The position numbers and the translations under genes are program-made. Below the pieces are notes generated by a model. That model made no database searches, was not told where the DNA came from, and saw only the letters and a program-made list of their open reading frames with translations. Positions 1-17,200 of a stretch of 59,397 bases of DNA are shown here, piece after piece (positions within the stretch are counted from its first letter, which is position 1; every line of letters begins with the position of its first letter). The stretch covers positions 1,178,001 through 1,237,397 of the forward strand of contig OY253675.1 of NCBI GenBank assembly GCA_958009085.1, read 5' to 3'. Source of the DNA: Protoeuglena noctilucae (taxonomy: Eukaryota).

Positions 1-812
1 GCGTGGGGCCGGCCCGTACGAGTGTGAGGGCCCAGGAACCCGTCGGCAAGGCGGAAAAGGCGCAATGCAGTAGGGCCGCGACGCGCACGCCCCTCCAAAG
101 CTGAGCGCGGTCGGGACGCGCTGCGGACCGCACCAGCGGTCCTTGCAGGGGGACGAGCAAGTGACATTGCCACGAAATAACGAGAGGCACGCGACGAGGA
201 GTCTCGCCAAAGCCTGACCAGCCCGGGGAGGGGAACGCACCCGAATGGACCGGCTGCGCGCCCAGGTCGAGCGCCAGAGCCCCGGCCTTGATGCGACTGT
301 CTCTGAGATGAGATGCCTTCCCGTAATCGCCGCCCGGGGCCGCGGCTGCGCGGGTCGACACCCTCCCCGCGCTTCGACGCTCCCGGGGGCCCGCTGCGGC
401 AGCCGAGCAGCTACAGGCGCATGGCAGGTGAACCGCCAGCGGCCGCATTGACGAGGATACCCAGCAGACGATCGCAAGTGCCGCCAACTGATGCAAGGGA
501 AGACCGCCTTGCCCAGACAAACACACGGCGGGCAGGCGGGCAGCAACTTCGGCACTGGGCGCATCGGTGGCCCGGCGACGGCGAGGAGCGCGGCCGGCTT
601 TTGTATGCCCTACGTCAGAATTGGCGCCCACGCTTTGATTGAGGCCCTGGCGATGCCCACGCTTCGTGAGTCACTCGAAAGGACCGGTGGGCTGCGATCG
701 GGGGCGTCTGCTCTCGCGCAGCAGCGCATCTCGGCGCTCATGGCGCCACGCGTGCTGGCCTAGACCTCGCCGATGCCGAGCGCCCGCACGAGCTCGTGCG
801 CGACGAGCGTTA

Positions 813-2757
813 ATGGCTTCCGGGCCTCCGCGCCCCCCGCGGCCGGCCTCCCCTGAGGATCTGGACGATCCCCAGGCCGCGCAGATGGGCCCTCACTACC
901 GCAAGCCGAGCAAGCCGCCGCTCTCGCCGGGGACACGCGAGGGCGACTATGAGGACTCTCCCGCACGGTGATGCGCAAGCCCAGGCTGAAGTCCTCGCGC
1001 TCCCATCGACCCCTCTGCTGCCTGTCGCCTTCGCCCACGTGCCGCCATCCCCCAGCCGCAGTCCCTTCCGCCCCGCCGTCCTCTCCCGCCTCCTCCGCTG
1101 GGCCGACGGAGCTGCGAGGGCCCTGCCTCTCTTGAACCGCCTCCACCGAGCACGCGTCCCCCTGCTGCTGGTCGCCCTCACGGCGCTCCTGCTCACCGCC
1201 CTCCGCGCTGTGTGGAGCACGCCCCTGCCTTGCCTGCCCCCCGGCGTGGGTCAGACAGACGCGGAGGGCAGGTCCCTGCCCCGCGCGTCGCTGCTGCCGC
1301 CCGGGTCGCCCCTGCCACGGTACCCCGGTCCGCCACCCTCCGAGGTGACACGGCAGGTCCTGACTTGACCAAGATAGCCACATGCTGTGTTACGGAGCTG
1401 TTGCTAAGACCTCACCCGCTCGTTGTTTCCTAAGCGATGGTGATTGACTCACTGCCACCCGCCCCTGCGCACTCACGCAGCCCAACAAGTACACGCTCCT
1501 CGTCAACACCTTCCGCCGCCCAGACCTCCTCCGCCAGTGCATCGCGGCCTACGAGAGCTGTCCCCGCGTTGACGCCATCCACGTCGTGTGGTCTGAGCCG
1601 TCTCCACCCCCCGACCCCTCCCTCTCCCCCAACCTCTTCAGCCCCCGCATGCAAGTCACCTACCACCCCTTCCCCACCACCTCCTTCACCAACCGCTTCC
1701 GCCCCGTCGACGGCATCCGCACCGCCGCCGTCGTGAGCATCGACGACGACGTCTACACGCCCTGCGCCAGGCTGGACGAGGCTTTCGATGCCTGGAAGAG
1801 ACACCCGCACCTGCTCGTGGGGTTCTACCCCAGGGCGACACCGGCAGAAAGGGGCGACGGGGGCACGTGCCGGTACAGGTGACGCGACCGTGTTGGGGAG
1901 GGGCTGTGTGCGTGTGTGCGCTTGTCAGACTTAGCTCTGCGAGGGAACAGTTGGCAGCAGATGTACCTTCGGTCCTCGACCCTGCAGCTACGCCAACAAG
2001 CTCCGCACCATCGCGTGGGAGGGGGAGTACTCGATCGTGCTGACCAAGGCGGCCTTCCTGCACCGGGACTGGCTGGCGGTCTTCACGCAGTTGGCGCCGG
2101 CAGCGATGAGGGCCCATATCGACGCCCACCGCAACTGCGAGGACATCGCCATGCAGATGGTCGTGTCGCACTTCACGCAGGCGAGGGATAGGCAACCGGG
2201 GGCACAAGGGGCGTGGCCGGCTGCGTCTTGCACCTGGTTGGTCTTGCTGCAACGCGTACCCTCCATCGCTCGCACTGTGCAGGAGCCCCCGGTTGCGGTC
2301 ATCAACCGGAAGATTCGCGACGAGGGAGCGGCGGGGGGCTCGGGGCAGAAGAGCGCAGTGTCAGGGAAGAAGGACCACGTGGGTGAGCATGGATGCAGGC
2401 GTGAGTGGGGTGGAGCTGGGGTGAGCATGGATGCAGGCGGGGGTGGAGTTGGGGTGAGTTTGAGTGGAGGTATGGGTGGAGCTGGGGTGAGCATGGATGC
2501 AGGCGGGGGTGGAGTTGGGGTGAGTTTGAGTGGAGGTATGGGTGGAGCTGGGGTGAGCATAAATGGAGTCGGGCTGAGCGTGGGTCCGACCATGGCGCTG
2601 GGATTTCAACTGGCGTCCCCTTTCGCCCATCGCAGCCGTGCGGAGTGAGTGCCTGAACGCCTTCGCCTCGATGCTCGGCCACATGCCGCTGGTGCCGAGG
2701 TCACTGGCCGACGAAGGCAGCTGGTGGGCGTGGGTGGCGTCCGCCCCTTGGGTGTGA
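813..2757 (+). CDS. Glycosyltransferase family 64 (EXTL2/EPC1-like), spliced
   Basis: Exons translate to YTLLVNTFRRPDLL..., NRFRP...AVVSIDDDV (DxD), LVGFYPR, YSIVLTKAAFLH, RNCEDIAM and RSECLNAF, typical GT64 motifs, with an N-terminal hydrophobic anchor. Start uncertain (813 or 949); stop TGA 2755-2757. Confidence 0.85.
2381..2575 (+). repeat. Intronic ~66-bp tandem repeat containing copies of the intron's own donor (GGGTGAGCATGGATGCAGGCG)
   Basis: Direct repeats visible in the last GT64 intron. Confidence 0.85.
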
Positions 2758-2955
2758 GGGCAGCGTTCAAGTGCCGTAGCGTGGCATGTGGCAAGTGCTT
2801 TAGATGTGCCATTCTTAGCAGGAACCGAGTCGAACAGCCGAGCTGAGACAATGTGCCGCCAAGGCATGCGGGCTTGCAACGACACAACCCAGCACAGGGC
2901 CGCCGTCAACGCCCACGACGGCCCACGAGCCCAAAGCTTTTGCCAGGACATCCCC

Positions 2956-4454
2956 TCACACGTCCTCCTCCGGCATCGCCCGCAGCGACTCTTTGGCCGA
3001 GTCGCTAAGCCCGGGTGCCCCCCCACGCATGCCGTAGAGCTCCAGCGGTGCCTTTGGCTCCCTCCACACCACCGCGATGCGCTCCTCCGGGACCTGCTCG
3101 ACCAGCTCCGCCAGCTCCCGCAGCAGGCTCAGCAGCCCTTTCGTCGGGTCCCTCACGCGCGGCGCCACCTCCTCCTCCAGGCTCCCCGGGGACCTCTGCT
3201 CGACCGACGCGAACACGCCCCGGTCGTGGCGCCCGTGCACAAGCCACTCCGTCCCAGACAGCGCCATCTGCGACCACTTGGACCCCGCGTCCAGGTCTTT
3301 ACGGTACGACCGCGACGCCATCTCCACCGACGCCCACCCCGCCTGCCCCCAGTCCCCCACCACCTCCGCTGCAACCAGGTCCGACACCCCCGCCCCGGCA
3401 GCCTGCTCCGACAGCCCAAGCCCAAACATCGCCGCTGAGAGGTCATCCACGCCCCCCTCGGCCTCGGCCACGCTCTCGCCCGCCACCACGGCGTCGGCAT
3501 CGTAGCGCACCAGCAGCCCCAGCCCACTGCCGTCCGCGGGGCCCAGGCGCCCCCGCACCACGCGCTTGTACCCGGGACGGCCCTGGCCACCCGGCGAAGG
3601 CTGAGTGACGTACTGCTTGAAGGCAGTGCCGTACCCTGGGTGGCCTTCTCCCCAGGAGCGCGGCTCCCGGCGCAGCACCACGAGCGCGCCGCCCACCATG
3701 CCGAGGTCCATGCGCAGGGGCATGTTGTCGTCGTACCAGGGCTCTCCCGCCACGAAGGCCAGCAGCTTGCGGAGGTTGTTGCGGTCAGTCACGGGCGTGG
3801 CGGGGCGCGGCGACGGGGCGGGGCCGAGGTCGCGGTAGACCCGCATCGCCACGACCATCGGGACGAACGGGGCATCTGGCACGCGGCGGGCATTTTCGTC
3901 AATGACATTGCCGCCGCTGTCCAGGTCCAGCTGCGAGATACACAAGGAAGGGCAATAGACATCAGGGCGTGATGTCCCAGCATGCGTGCCTGCCCATCAC
4001 ACGATAGGTGGTCCATGGCAGCGCAATGTTCTCGCACCTGGAAGGGTGTCTCGGGAAGCGGGTCCCTCAGCCGGGGCGGGAGACCCGGCACCACGATCGT
4101 CGGGGACGGCGCATCGCGCCAGGTGTACGTGGCGACGACGCGCTCGCAGTGGAAGCGCACGGGCGGGCCATCTGGATGTTAATAAGAGAAGCCGGATGGG
4201 GTGAGGAAGCGCCTCGCGGGGCAGCGAACAACGAATCTCGTCTTGAAGCACGAACCGCAGTGTTGGCAACCATGGCGCCCCCGTGCCTCACCCGCGGACG
4301 CGTGCTCCTCCGCACTGATCGCCCAGATCGGGCCCTCTTCCATCTCCAGGTCTTCCTTCCACCGATGCGGGTTTGCGAGGATTTCACGATGCGAGCTCCC
4401 ATACGCGCGGCCGCGGCCACGCCGGCTACGGCCATACGAGCCTCTCCCCGACAT
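2956..4454 (-). CDS. RAI1/DXO-like (PD-(D/E)xK-type) domain protein, 3 exons
   Basis: Spliced frame gives ATYTW..PTIVVPGLPP, IDENARRVP, VTDRNNLRKLLAF, GYGTAFK, YKRVV, LLVRYDADA, VEMASRS and WSQMALSG. These resemble a conserved fungal/algal family that I recall as RAI1/DXO-like. Confidence 0.6.
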
Positions 4455-4659
4455 CTCACACGGCCGAGATCAAGCAGCTGTAATCGGCTCTGGCAGCAGC
4501 TGGCCGGTGAAACGCCGACTAAAGAGCTGCGTCCCAGCTGTGTCACGATATCGTCAGAGAGCTGCGTGACCGGACCGGGCCTCTGCTGCACCCGCGCCCT
4601 GTCAGTTCCCATCGCCTGCAAGCCAAGAACGGCTCTCGTAGCTCGTGATTGTCCCCAGG

Positions 4660-5140
4660 ATGGCTGTGTGTGCGTCTCCTGCGGCGGGGCCCGCGATGAG
4701 CCAACGCGTTCCGCGCCCCGCAGCGCATCGGCCTGCTTGGGGAGCTCGCCAAGGGCCCGCAGTGCTGGGTGCCGCTGCAGCGGTCGCCGCGCTCTTGTCC
4801 TGCGGGTCCCCCGCCATGGCCGTGGACGACATCGCCATTTCCCTCGCCCCTCCCGGCATGAAGGCGTATATGGGCAAGCGATGCACGCGAATCGCTAGCG
4901 TCGCTCGCTCGTCACATCGTTGGGGCGCCAGTTCGACCTCCTAACCCATGGCTCGTCGCAGACGATCGCGACGAGGCGATGCGCAACAAATGCCCCGGCG
5001 GCATGTTCGACTGCGACGGTGACCGCCGTGAGTACGCGCGTAACCAGTGGGCGTCGTTCCAGAAACGGATGGAGGCGCGGGAGAGCGGGGCCAACGCTGG
5101 CAGCGAGAATCCGCGCGAAAGCAGCGTGGCGGATGCCCAG
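4660..5140 (+). CDS. Small hypothetical protein, possibly thylakoid-lumen targeted
   Basis: Transit-like N-terminus, hydrophobic stretch ending AMA, then an exon DDRDEAMRNKCPGGMFDCDGDRREYARNQW. Splice junctions and 3' end are uncertain. Confidence 0.4.
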
Positions 5141-5485
5141 GTGACCGCGCGGTGGAAGCAACAGAGTTTGGAGAGCTTTATATGTCGTATCCCAACCCCT
5201 CCCGTGTCCGTTACTCGCAGGGAGCCCGGCTCAAGACCGCCAGTGCATCCGCGCAGGCCCTGCAGTGAGCGCACACCTGCGTCACCTGTGATCCGATTTG
5301 TCATTCTTCGTAGCGGCATAGCGATCCAGTGGCGCCATGCCACGTCATATTCTGCCTTTTCCACTTCGTTTCAACGGGGCAGCGCATGTGCACATGTGCG
5401 CTCGCTCCCCCTTCCAGTTATTATCCACCCTCCTCCTCCTCTAGCCCCCCAGCTCCGCGCCGCAGCGCGCATGCTCCCCCCCATT

Positions 5486-8063
5486 TCATCCCACGGCCCC
5501 CTCCAGCTTGAGCGACATGAGCTGGTTGACCTCGGCCGCAAACTCGAGGGGCAGCTCGTTGAACACCTCCCGGCAGAACCCGGAGATGATCATGCCCACG
5601 GCCTGCTCGGCGTCGATGCCCCGCTGCATGAAGTAGAAGAGCTGGTCCTCCCCAATCTTGCTCGTGCTGGCCTCGTGCTCCACCCGGGCGGACGGGTTCT
5701 TGACCTGGATGTACGGGTACGTGTTGGCGCCAGCGCTGCGGGGAGGGAGCGCGGGAGACGAGGGATGAGCTGAGAGATGAGGGACACCAAACCGTACTAA
5801 GAGTGGCGACTACCACTGGGAGCAGCACTGGTAACCGTACTGAGTGGCGCACCGTCACCCACAGCCACCCCTCACCTGTCCCCGATGAGCATGGAGTCGC
5901 ACTGGGAGTAGTTCCTGGCCCCCTCGGCCGTGGGCGCGATCTGCACCAGCCCCCGGTAGCAGTTGACGCTGCGCCCGGCCGAGATTCCCTTGGACACGAT
6001 GCGGCTGCGGGTGTTGCGCCCCACGTGCACCATCTTGGTCCCCGTGTCAGCCTGCTGCCGGTTGTTGGTCAGCGCCACGCTGTAGAACTCCCCCTGCGAG
6101 CGGTGCCCCTTCAGCACGCAGCTGGGGTACTTCCAGGTAATCGCTGACCCCGTCTCCACCTGCGTCCAGCTGATCTTGGAGTCGTCGCCCGCGCACAGGC
6201 CCCGCTTGGTCACAAAGTTGTAGATGCCCCCGCGGCCCTCGGCGTCCCCGGCAAACCAATTCTGCACCGTCGAGTACTTGATCTCCGCCTTCTGCGTGGG
6301 GCACGGGCAGGCGAGGGCGGGTGGGTGAGGTGCGGGCAGGTGGCAGTGAGCGCAGCGGTAAGCAATGTGGCTGGTCAAACCGAGCGGCACGGTCGACACA
6401 ACACACACCCAACGCAACCTCCCCCCCGACTCACCTCCCCCGCCCAGAGCTCCACGACGGCGGCGTGCAGCTGGTTCTTGTCGTAGGCCGGCGCCGTGCA
6501 CCCCTCCAGGTACGACACGTACGCATTGTCCTCGCAGACGATCAACGTGCGCTCGAACTGCCCCGTCTCCTGGGCGTTGATGCGGAAGTAGGTGCTGAGC
6601 TCCATGGGGCACCGCACGCCCTTGGGGACGTACACGAAGGAGCCGTCCGTGAAGACCGCCGAGTTGAGGGCGGCGAAGTAGTTGTCGCTCACGGGCACCA
6701 CGGAGCCCATGTACTTGCGCACCAGGTCGGGGTACTCGCGAACCGCCTCCGAGATGGACATGAAGATGACGCCGTGCTGCGCCAGCTCCTCCCGGAACGT
6801 CGTGGCGATCGACACCGAGTCAAAGACGGCGTCCACTGCCACGTTGGCCAGGCGCTTCTGCTCCGCGAGGGGGATGCCCAGCTTCTCGAACGTCGCCAGG
6901 AGCTCAGGGTCCACCTCGTCCAGGCTCTGTTGGGAGCGAGTGGAGGGTTGCAATGGGTAGGCACACAAGCCAGGAGCGTCGAGGGGTGCTTGCAAACGTA
7001 TATCCACGGCCCGGGTTGTAATCAAAACGCTCCCATTCTCCCGCGTCTCGCCTTCTTCTTCTCCTTGACCTTTGGCTCTGCGTAGTAGGAGATGTCCTGG
7101 TAGTCAATCGGCTCGTACTGGTTGTCCAACCAGGTGGGCTCCTCCATCGTCAGCCACTTGCGGTAGGCCTTGAGGCGGAACTGCGGAGACAAGCGACCGC
7201 ATGGTGAATCCCCGCGCAGGCGAGCGGGGCGCACAAGAGGCTGTCATATCGAGCAGTCCGCCCTGGCCCTGGCTCTCGTGGCTCTCGCGCTCGCCTCTAA
7301 CATCCACTCGGGCTCCTCCTTCTTGGCCGAGATGAGCCGGATGACGTCCTCATTCAGGCCCTTTGGGATGATCGTCTGCTCGATGGAGGACTTCCAGCCG
7401 TACTTGTAAGGCCTGGGGGCAACGAGGCGAGCTGCGGGCTCACGAGACGCGTCTCCGAGTGCAGTGCGCTGGTGCATTGGGACACAGAGCTCGAAAAGAA
7501 GCTATGGCGCAGAGGGCCACCGCGCCAGAGCCTCGCGCGCTGCCCCGCGACGGCTGCGTTGGGTGGAACAAGCAGACGAGGCGCCCGCTCGGCGCCGGGG
7601 GGCTGCCGGGGACCCGCAGGAGCAGGACAAGCGCGCGTCGATCACAACAAGCGGGCGCGAGACTCCGAGATGGCAGGGAGGGCGAGGAAGCGGCGCGGGA
7701 CCGGGTGGATGGAGACAGCTAGTCGAGCCCCGTCGCTCGACGCGCGGGGTGGCCGGGGGCGAGCGGACGTATGCCCCACGCGCCGATTCTTCATCAAGAC
7801 GGCAGACCAAAATGGTGCAAGCCCGCGTCTCGCCCCGACGGCCGCAAGGTCGCTGGGACTTGCAAACCCGTCCCCCCGCACCTGTTCAGCATCTGCGAGA
7901 GCTCCTGCTTCTGCTCCTCGACCGCATCGACCTCTGCCGCGCGTGCAACGACGCGCCTGCGGGCCATCGCCGGCCTGGGCGGGGCCGGCGAGCAGGCCGA
8001 CCCTTCCCGGGCCTGGCCGAGGCCCGCGGCCGACACGGCTGGCCGAGCAGCCGCAGCGACCAT
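5486..8063 (-). CDS. sufB: Fe-S cluster assembly protein SufB (plastid-targeted), spliced
   Basis: [79 protein letters not shown] and [22 protein letters not shown]; Ala/Arg-rich transit peptide. Confidence 0.95.
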
Positions 8064-8507
8064 GGCCACTGTCGCTCTCGGAAGAGGAAGGAACGATTGC
8101 GCGCGCGCGCAGGGACCTCGCAGAGGACTTCGAGGCCTGGCCGCTTGCGCAAGGTGGAGAGGAGAATCTACGTCAGCTGGGCTCTCCTAGACGCAGTAAA
8201 GAGGCAAGGACTGGCGGCAGGTGGGCGGGGAGGGCTCCCTTCAGGCGTGGGGATTCGCGCCAGAGGGCGCGCCAGTGGAAGGGGGCCAGGAAGCCAATGG
8301 GGCTCTCATCGGTGGCCAATTCCTGCTCGCGTTCCTCTTAGCATCGCTCCGGTGTCCACCACCACGCCCCAACGTCCCTAAATTGGATTGGCAGAGACGA
8401 AACGTGTACTTTGCCAAGCTCTTCATCTGCAGACATCTCCAGCATCGAGCCCACGTCGCGATTGCTTCCATAGCTGCCGAAGACTCGCTTTGGGGGATCC
8501 GCGGGCC

Positions 8508-8921
8508 ATGCAGCCACCAGAGAAGGTGTGTGCGCTCCACGCCAGCGCCTCCCGATCATTTCCGAGCCGGCAGCGAGTCCTCAGGATCGCGCGTCCGCGC
8601 AGGAATCTTTGAAAGCCGCGACGTCCCCCGAAACGAGCGACGAGAGGGCGAACAAGCACTTTGAGTGAGCGAGCCACGAGGCATGAGCGACTCAGGTGCC
8701 ACTGCAGAGCTCTGGTGTGACACCCGGGCCGCCCTCTTCTGTCCCCCTGCAGTGGCGGGCAGGTGTGCTCGGAGCAGCGCACCCGCGCCATGCAGTGCCT
8801 CATGGCTGGGTACGAGGGCGACAAGAGGCGCGAGGCTGCCCGGGACAAGTGCCAGGCGCTGATGCAAGAGTACAAGGACTGCAAGAAACAGCACCGCTTC
8901 GACAAGTGCTCCGTCATGTGA
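8508..8921 (+). CDS. Twin CX9C (CHCH) mitochondrial intermembrane-space protein, COX23/CMC-like, 3 exons
   Basis: MQPPEK|ESLKAATSPETSDERANKHFD|GGQVCSEQRTRAMQCLMAG...KCQALMQEYKDCKK: two C-x9-C motifs with phase-compatible GT-AG introns. Confidence 0.75.
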
Positions 8922-8994
8922 CGCACCTTCCCAGGCGCTCGCCCGGGGCAGGGCAGGGCAGGGTGGGCCGTTAAATCGCACCGCTAGTTCCCTC

Positions 8995-12615
<3,621 letters not shown>

Positions 12616-13349
12616 GGTAAGCACGCTTTGTCGATCAAAAGCCGCTGCGGGCCGACTCCGAGGACCGATGCGGCCGGAGACGACGCGAGGGACACCGCAG
12701 TCTTGAATGTATGGCGGCTGACGATGCGGATGGTGGAACAACAAAAGGGAGGGGCAACTTTGCCCGCCAGTGTCAGTTGTTTCGCTCGTGGCGCTTTCAT
12801 CTCATCCCGCTCTCGGGGGCTCGGGCACTCCTGAGTGTCGGCCCGGCGTGCCACTGGCTGGACCGGGTTCCTGGTGCGGCAGCTGGCTCGCCGGGGACTC
12901 CAGGTTGCCTCTCTCCGCAGTTGCTGCCACAGGACCCCCTGGCTGCCTTTACCTTCAAGCCCTCCTTCTTGGGTCGCTTTTGGGGGCCCTCGCTGTGCTC
13001 GGCACCCTCGTGGCGCTCGCCCCGGCACGCTCTGAGGCCCCCGTGCACTCTAGGACTTGGAACGGGTTCCGCCGGACCCGCCGGCCTGGAACCGCTTGAA
13101 AGGGGATCCTAACTGGGGAGCGTGTTCATGGTAACCCCTTCTGGGGACCTGGCGGAACCCGCGTAGAGCACGGGGTTCCCCTGGGGAACTGCAGCGGTGA
13201 CGCCCGCTTGGAGCCCGCCTGGGAGCCGAATTCCGATCTAGCTCCTTCCATTGCAGCCCTTGCTGCAGCCCCAGCCAGCCCCATGTCGTCCGGGAGTGGG
13301 TCCCTGGGGTGCGTACTTGATGGGCGCACTCGATGGGTGCACTCAATGA

Positions 13350-14036
13350 TTGCTGTCAGGCCGGCCTGGCGATCTTCCGCGCCGCTCACTGCGCGTACTC
13401 CGTGATCGCCACTCCCTTCTGTCACTGGGTGTACCCGGCCCTCCATGGTTCCCGCGCCCCGTGGGCGCTAACGATCCAATCGTGTCGAGGAAGAGCCAAT
13501 CCCTGCCGGGCATCTCCGTCGGGGATCGACTGTTCCTCGTGAAGATCGGGGTATCGGCGCCCCCGGGCAAGGGAGTGACGGTGCAGGGGTGCACAGGGAC
13601 GAGGCCTTGCGGGCCTGAGCTCCGGAGGGGGCGGGTGCCCTTGCGCAGCGCAGCAACGCCCCAAGTGAGTAGTGTGGCACGTGCAGCTACGAGCCACTGG
13701 CCGAGCTCGACGTGTTTGGCGGGAAGGGCGTCACCATCCGCGACCTCCTGGTGAGCCAGCGCGTGCTTGGATAGGTGGTCGGCCCGCCGGCCACGGACGC
13801 ACAGCGACGCCCCGGCATGCCCCTGCGTGCAGGACACTGTGAAGGGCCGGGAGCTGCTGGTGGCCATGGTTGGGACATGGATGAGCAAGGAGGGCTTCAT
13901 CGGCTCTGGGCGTTCCCGCTCTCGGTCGGTTTCGGATGGATGGAGCTAGGTCATGGAGGGCGAGGGGGTGGCCATCGATGTTGGGGTGGCTGCGATCGAG
14001 GGTACGGCACATTTGCCGTCGTGCTCGAGGCGGAGG
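13350..14036 (+). CDS. Possible unidentified spliced gene or fragment at the palindrome centre
   Basis: Exon-like blocks flanked by GT/AG: ...DRLFLVKIG, YEPLAELDVFGGKGVTIRDLL, DTVKGRELLVAMVGTWMSKEG. No family recognised; runs toward the gap. Confidence 0.25.
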
Positions 14037-14236
14037 NNNNNNNNNNNNNNNNNNNNNNNNNNNNNNNNNNNNNNNNNNNNNNNNNNNNNNNNNNNNNNNN
14101 NNNNNNNNNNNNNNNNNNNNNNNNNNNNNNNNNNNNNNNNNNNNNNNNNNNNNNNNNNNNNNNNNNNNNNNNNNNNNNNNNNNNNNNNNNNNNNNNNNNN
14201 NNNNNNNNNNNNNNNNNNNNNNNNNNNNNNNNNNNN
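14037..14236. other. Assembly gap (200 N)
   Basis: Run of n. Confidence 1.
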
Positions 14237-17200
14237 CCCGGCCCTTCACAGTGTCCTGCACGCAGGGGCATGCCGGGGCGTCGCTGTGCGTCCGTGGCCG
14301 GCGGGCCGACCACCTATCCAAGCACGCGCTGGCTCACCAGGAGGTCGCGGATGGTGACGCCCTTCCCGCCAAACACGTCGAGCTCGGCCAGTGGCTCGTA
14401 GCTGCACGTGCCACACTACTCACTTGGGGCGTTGCTGCGCTGCGCAAGGGCACCCGCCCCCTCCGGAGCTCAGGCCCGCAAGGCCTCGTCCCTGTGCACC
14501 CCTGCACCGTCACTCCCTTGCCCGGGGGCGCCGATACCCCGATCTTCACGAGGAACAGTCGATCCCCGACGGAGATGCCCGGCAGGGATTGGCTCTTCCT
14601 CGACACGATTGGATCGTTAGCGCCCACGGGGCGCGGGAACCATGGAGGGCCGGGTACACCCAGTGACAGAAGGGAGTGGCGATCACGGAGTACGCGCAGT
14701 GAGCGGCGCGGAAGATCGCCAGGCCGGCCTGACAGCAATCATTGAGTGCACCCATCGAGTGCGCCCATCAAGTACGCACCCCAGGGACCCACTCCCGGAC
14801 GACATGGGGCTGGCTGGGGCTGCAGCAAGGGCTGCAATGGAAGGAGCTAGATCGGAATTCGGCTCCCAGGCGGGCTCCAAGCGGGCGTCACCGCTGCAGT
14901 TCCCCAGGGGAACCCCGTGCTCTACGCGGGTTCCGCCAGGTCCCCAGAAGGGGTTACCATGAACACGCTCCCCAGTTAGGATCCCCTTTCAAGCGGTTCC
15001 AGGCCGGCGGGTCCGGCGGAACCCGTTCCAAGTCCTAGAGTGCACGGGGGCCTCAGAGCGTGCCGGGGCGAGCGCCACGAGGGTGCCGAGCACAGCGAGG
15101 GCCCCCAAAAGCGACCCAAGAAGGAGGGCTTGAAGGTAAAGGCAGCCAGGGGGTCCTGTGGCAGCAACTGCGGAGAGAGGCAACCTGGAGTCCCCGGCGA
15201 GCCAGCTGCCGCACCAGGAACCCGGTCCAGCCAGTGGCACGCCGGGCCGACACTCAGGAGTGCCCGAGCCCCCGAGAGCGGGATGAGATGAAAGCGCCAC
15301 GAGCGAAACAACTGACACTGGCGGGCAAAGTTGCCCCTCCCTTTTGTTGTTCCACCATCCGCATCGTCAGCCGCCATACATTCAAGACTGCGGTGTCCCT
15401 CGCGTCGTCTCCGGCCGCATCGGTCCTCGGAGTCGGCCCGCAGCGGCTTTTGATCGACAAAGCGTGCTTACCATGTCCATCCGGTGCCTGTTGGTGGACA
15501 ACTACGACAGCTACACGTACAATCTGTTCCAGGCGAGACGCAGGCGCGGCGACATCCCCGGCAGCCGGCGCACGCCAGCCACTTGCGCTGCCAGACGTGC
15601 CGTCGTCGCCCCTGCAGCTCCTGTCCGTCGTTGGCGGGGGCCGCGTCGATGTCGTGCGCAACGACGCCGTCTCGTGGGAGGACCTGAGGCCCCGCATCGA
15701 GGCCGGCGACTGGCACTGCGTCGTCCTCTCGCCGGGGCCCGGCACGCCCGACCGGTGCGTGCAGCCGCTCCCCGCGCCCGCCGCAGCGTGGTCCGCCCCC
15801 GCGTGGCCCGCATCCCCGCCCTCCCGGTCTCCCTCCCGCAGCGCGTCGGACGTGGGCGTGTGCGTGGACGTGCTGCGCCACGTGGCGAGCGTGCCCGTCC
15901 TGGGCGTGTGCCTGGGCCACCAGGCTTTGGCCGCGGCGCACGGGGCGCGCGTCGTGCGGGCGCCGGAGCCCGTCCACGGCCGCCTGTCCCTCCTGGAGCA
16001 CGCCGGGCACCCGCTGTTCGCAGGCGTGCCCCCGTCCTCCCCCGTGGTCCGCTACCACTCGCTGGTGGTGGACGCGGCCACGCTGCCGGCGGAGCTCACG
16101 GCCATCGCGCACTGCACCCGCGAGACCTACGCGCCGCGGGCGGACCCCGCCGGTCGCGCGGGGGCGGACCCGGGGGAGCGGCTGGTGATGGCGCTGGCCC
16201 ACCGCACACGGCCGCATGTGGGGGTGCAGTTCCACCCAGAGAGCGTCCTCACGTCGCACGGGTGCGCGGCGCATGCGAACAGCGGCCGGCGCGACTGGGT
16301 CACTGCCTGGCACATGACGGGCGCTCCTCGCATGCTCCCTCGCAGGCCGCGCATGGTGGAGAACTTCCTGCGCATGGCCGCGGCCTTCTGGGGAGGGGCT
16401 ACGGTACCTGCATTGCTGGGCGTCCCCGCTGCTGCTGGGGCGATGGTGCACCGGAGTGCACTGGAGGAGGAGTGGGCACAGGCCGGGTGCAGAGGTGCGT
16501 TCGGTGGTGGGGGAGACCATGCGAGGGCAGTGGCGTGTGCGCGTATGCTCTGTTGATCTCATCTGCAGAATAGGGGCGCTGCGTGCAGATGGCTCTCTGG
16601 GGCTGTGCTACCGCAAGGTGGCGGGCGTGCTGGGCGCGGTGGGTGGCTCCGGCAACCTCTTCTGGAGACTGTTTGGGGGGGAAGAGCCCCGGATGCCGGG
16701 CACCGGGTGCTTCTGGCTCGACAGCGCAGCCGCGGACCGGTGAGGGCGGGGCGGTGGGGGACAGTTAGGCGACGCATGGGATGGGATGGCCTGGCAGCGA
16801 CGCTGCTGAGCGTGCGTTCGCAGGGGTCGGTTCTCTTTCATGGGGGCGCGGGGAGGGCCCCTGTGGCGGCGGTGGGTGTACTGGGTGCCGCGGGGAGAGG
16901 AGCGGGAGGGGCGGCTCGAGGTCACGGACGGGCCAGGGGCGGGTGAGCTGGCTGCTGGGGGCATTGTCAGCTGCCTGGTTGCAACGCGTGCGCGGACACG
17001 TGATGGCATCACCTTCATCGCCCCTCCAGGTGTCAGTGTCGCGGGGGTCCGCTGCTGGGGTCGCTGAAGGCGGCGCTGGGGGAGGCGCGGGTGCGGTGGG
17101 GGCCAGGAGACGCGGCGGCCCTGCCGTTCGACTTCTGGGGGGGCTTCGTGGGGGTACCTGGGGTACGAGATGCACGCCGAGTGCATGGAGGGGGGCGGGC

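Noticed and set aside
1..812. Coding or regulatory feature at the window start
   Set aside because: No recognisable homology or motif.
7415..7880. Nested gene or insertion in the long first sufB intron
   Set aside because: No recognisable motifs, terminal repeats or TSD.
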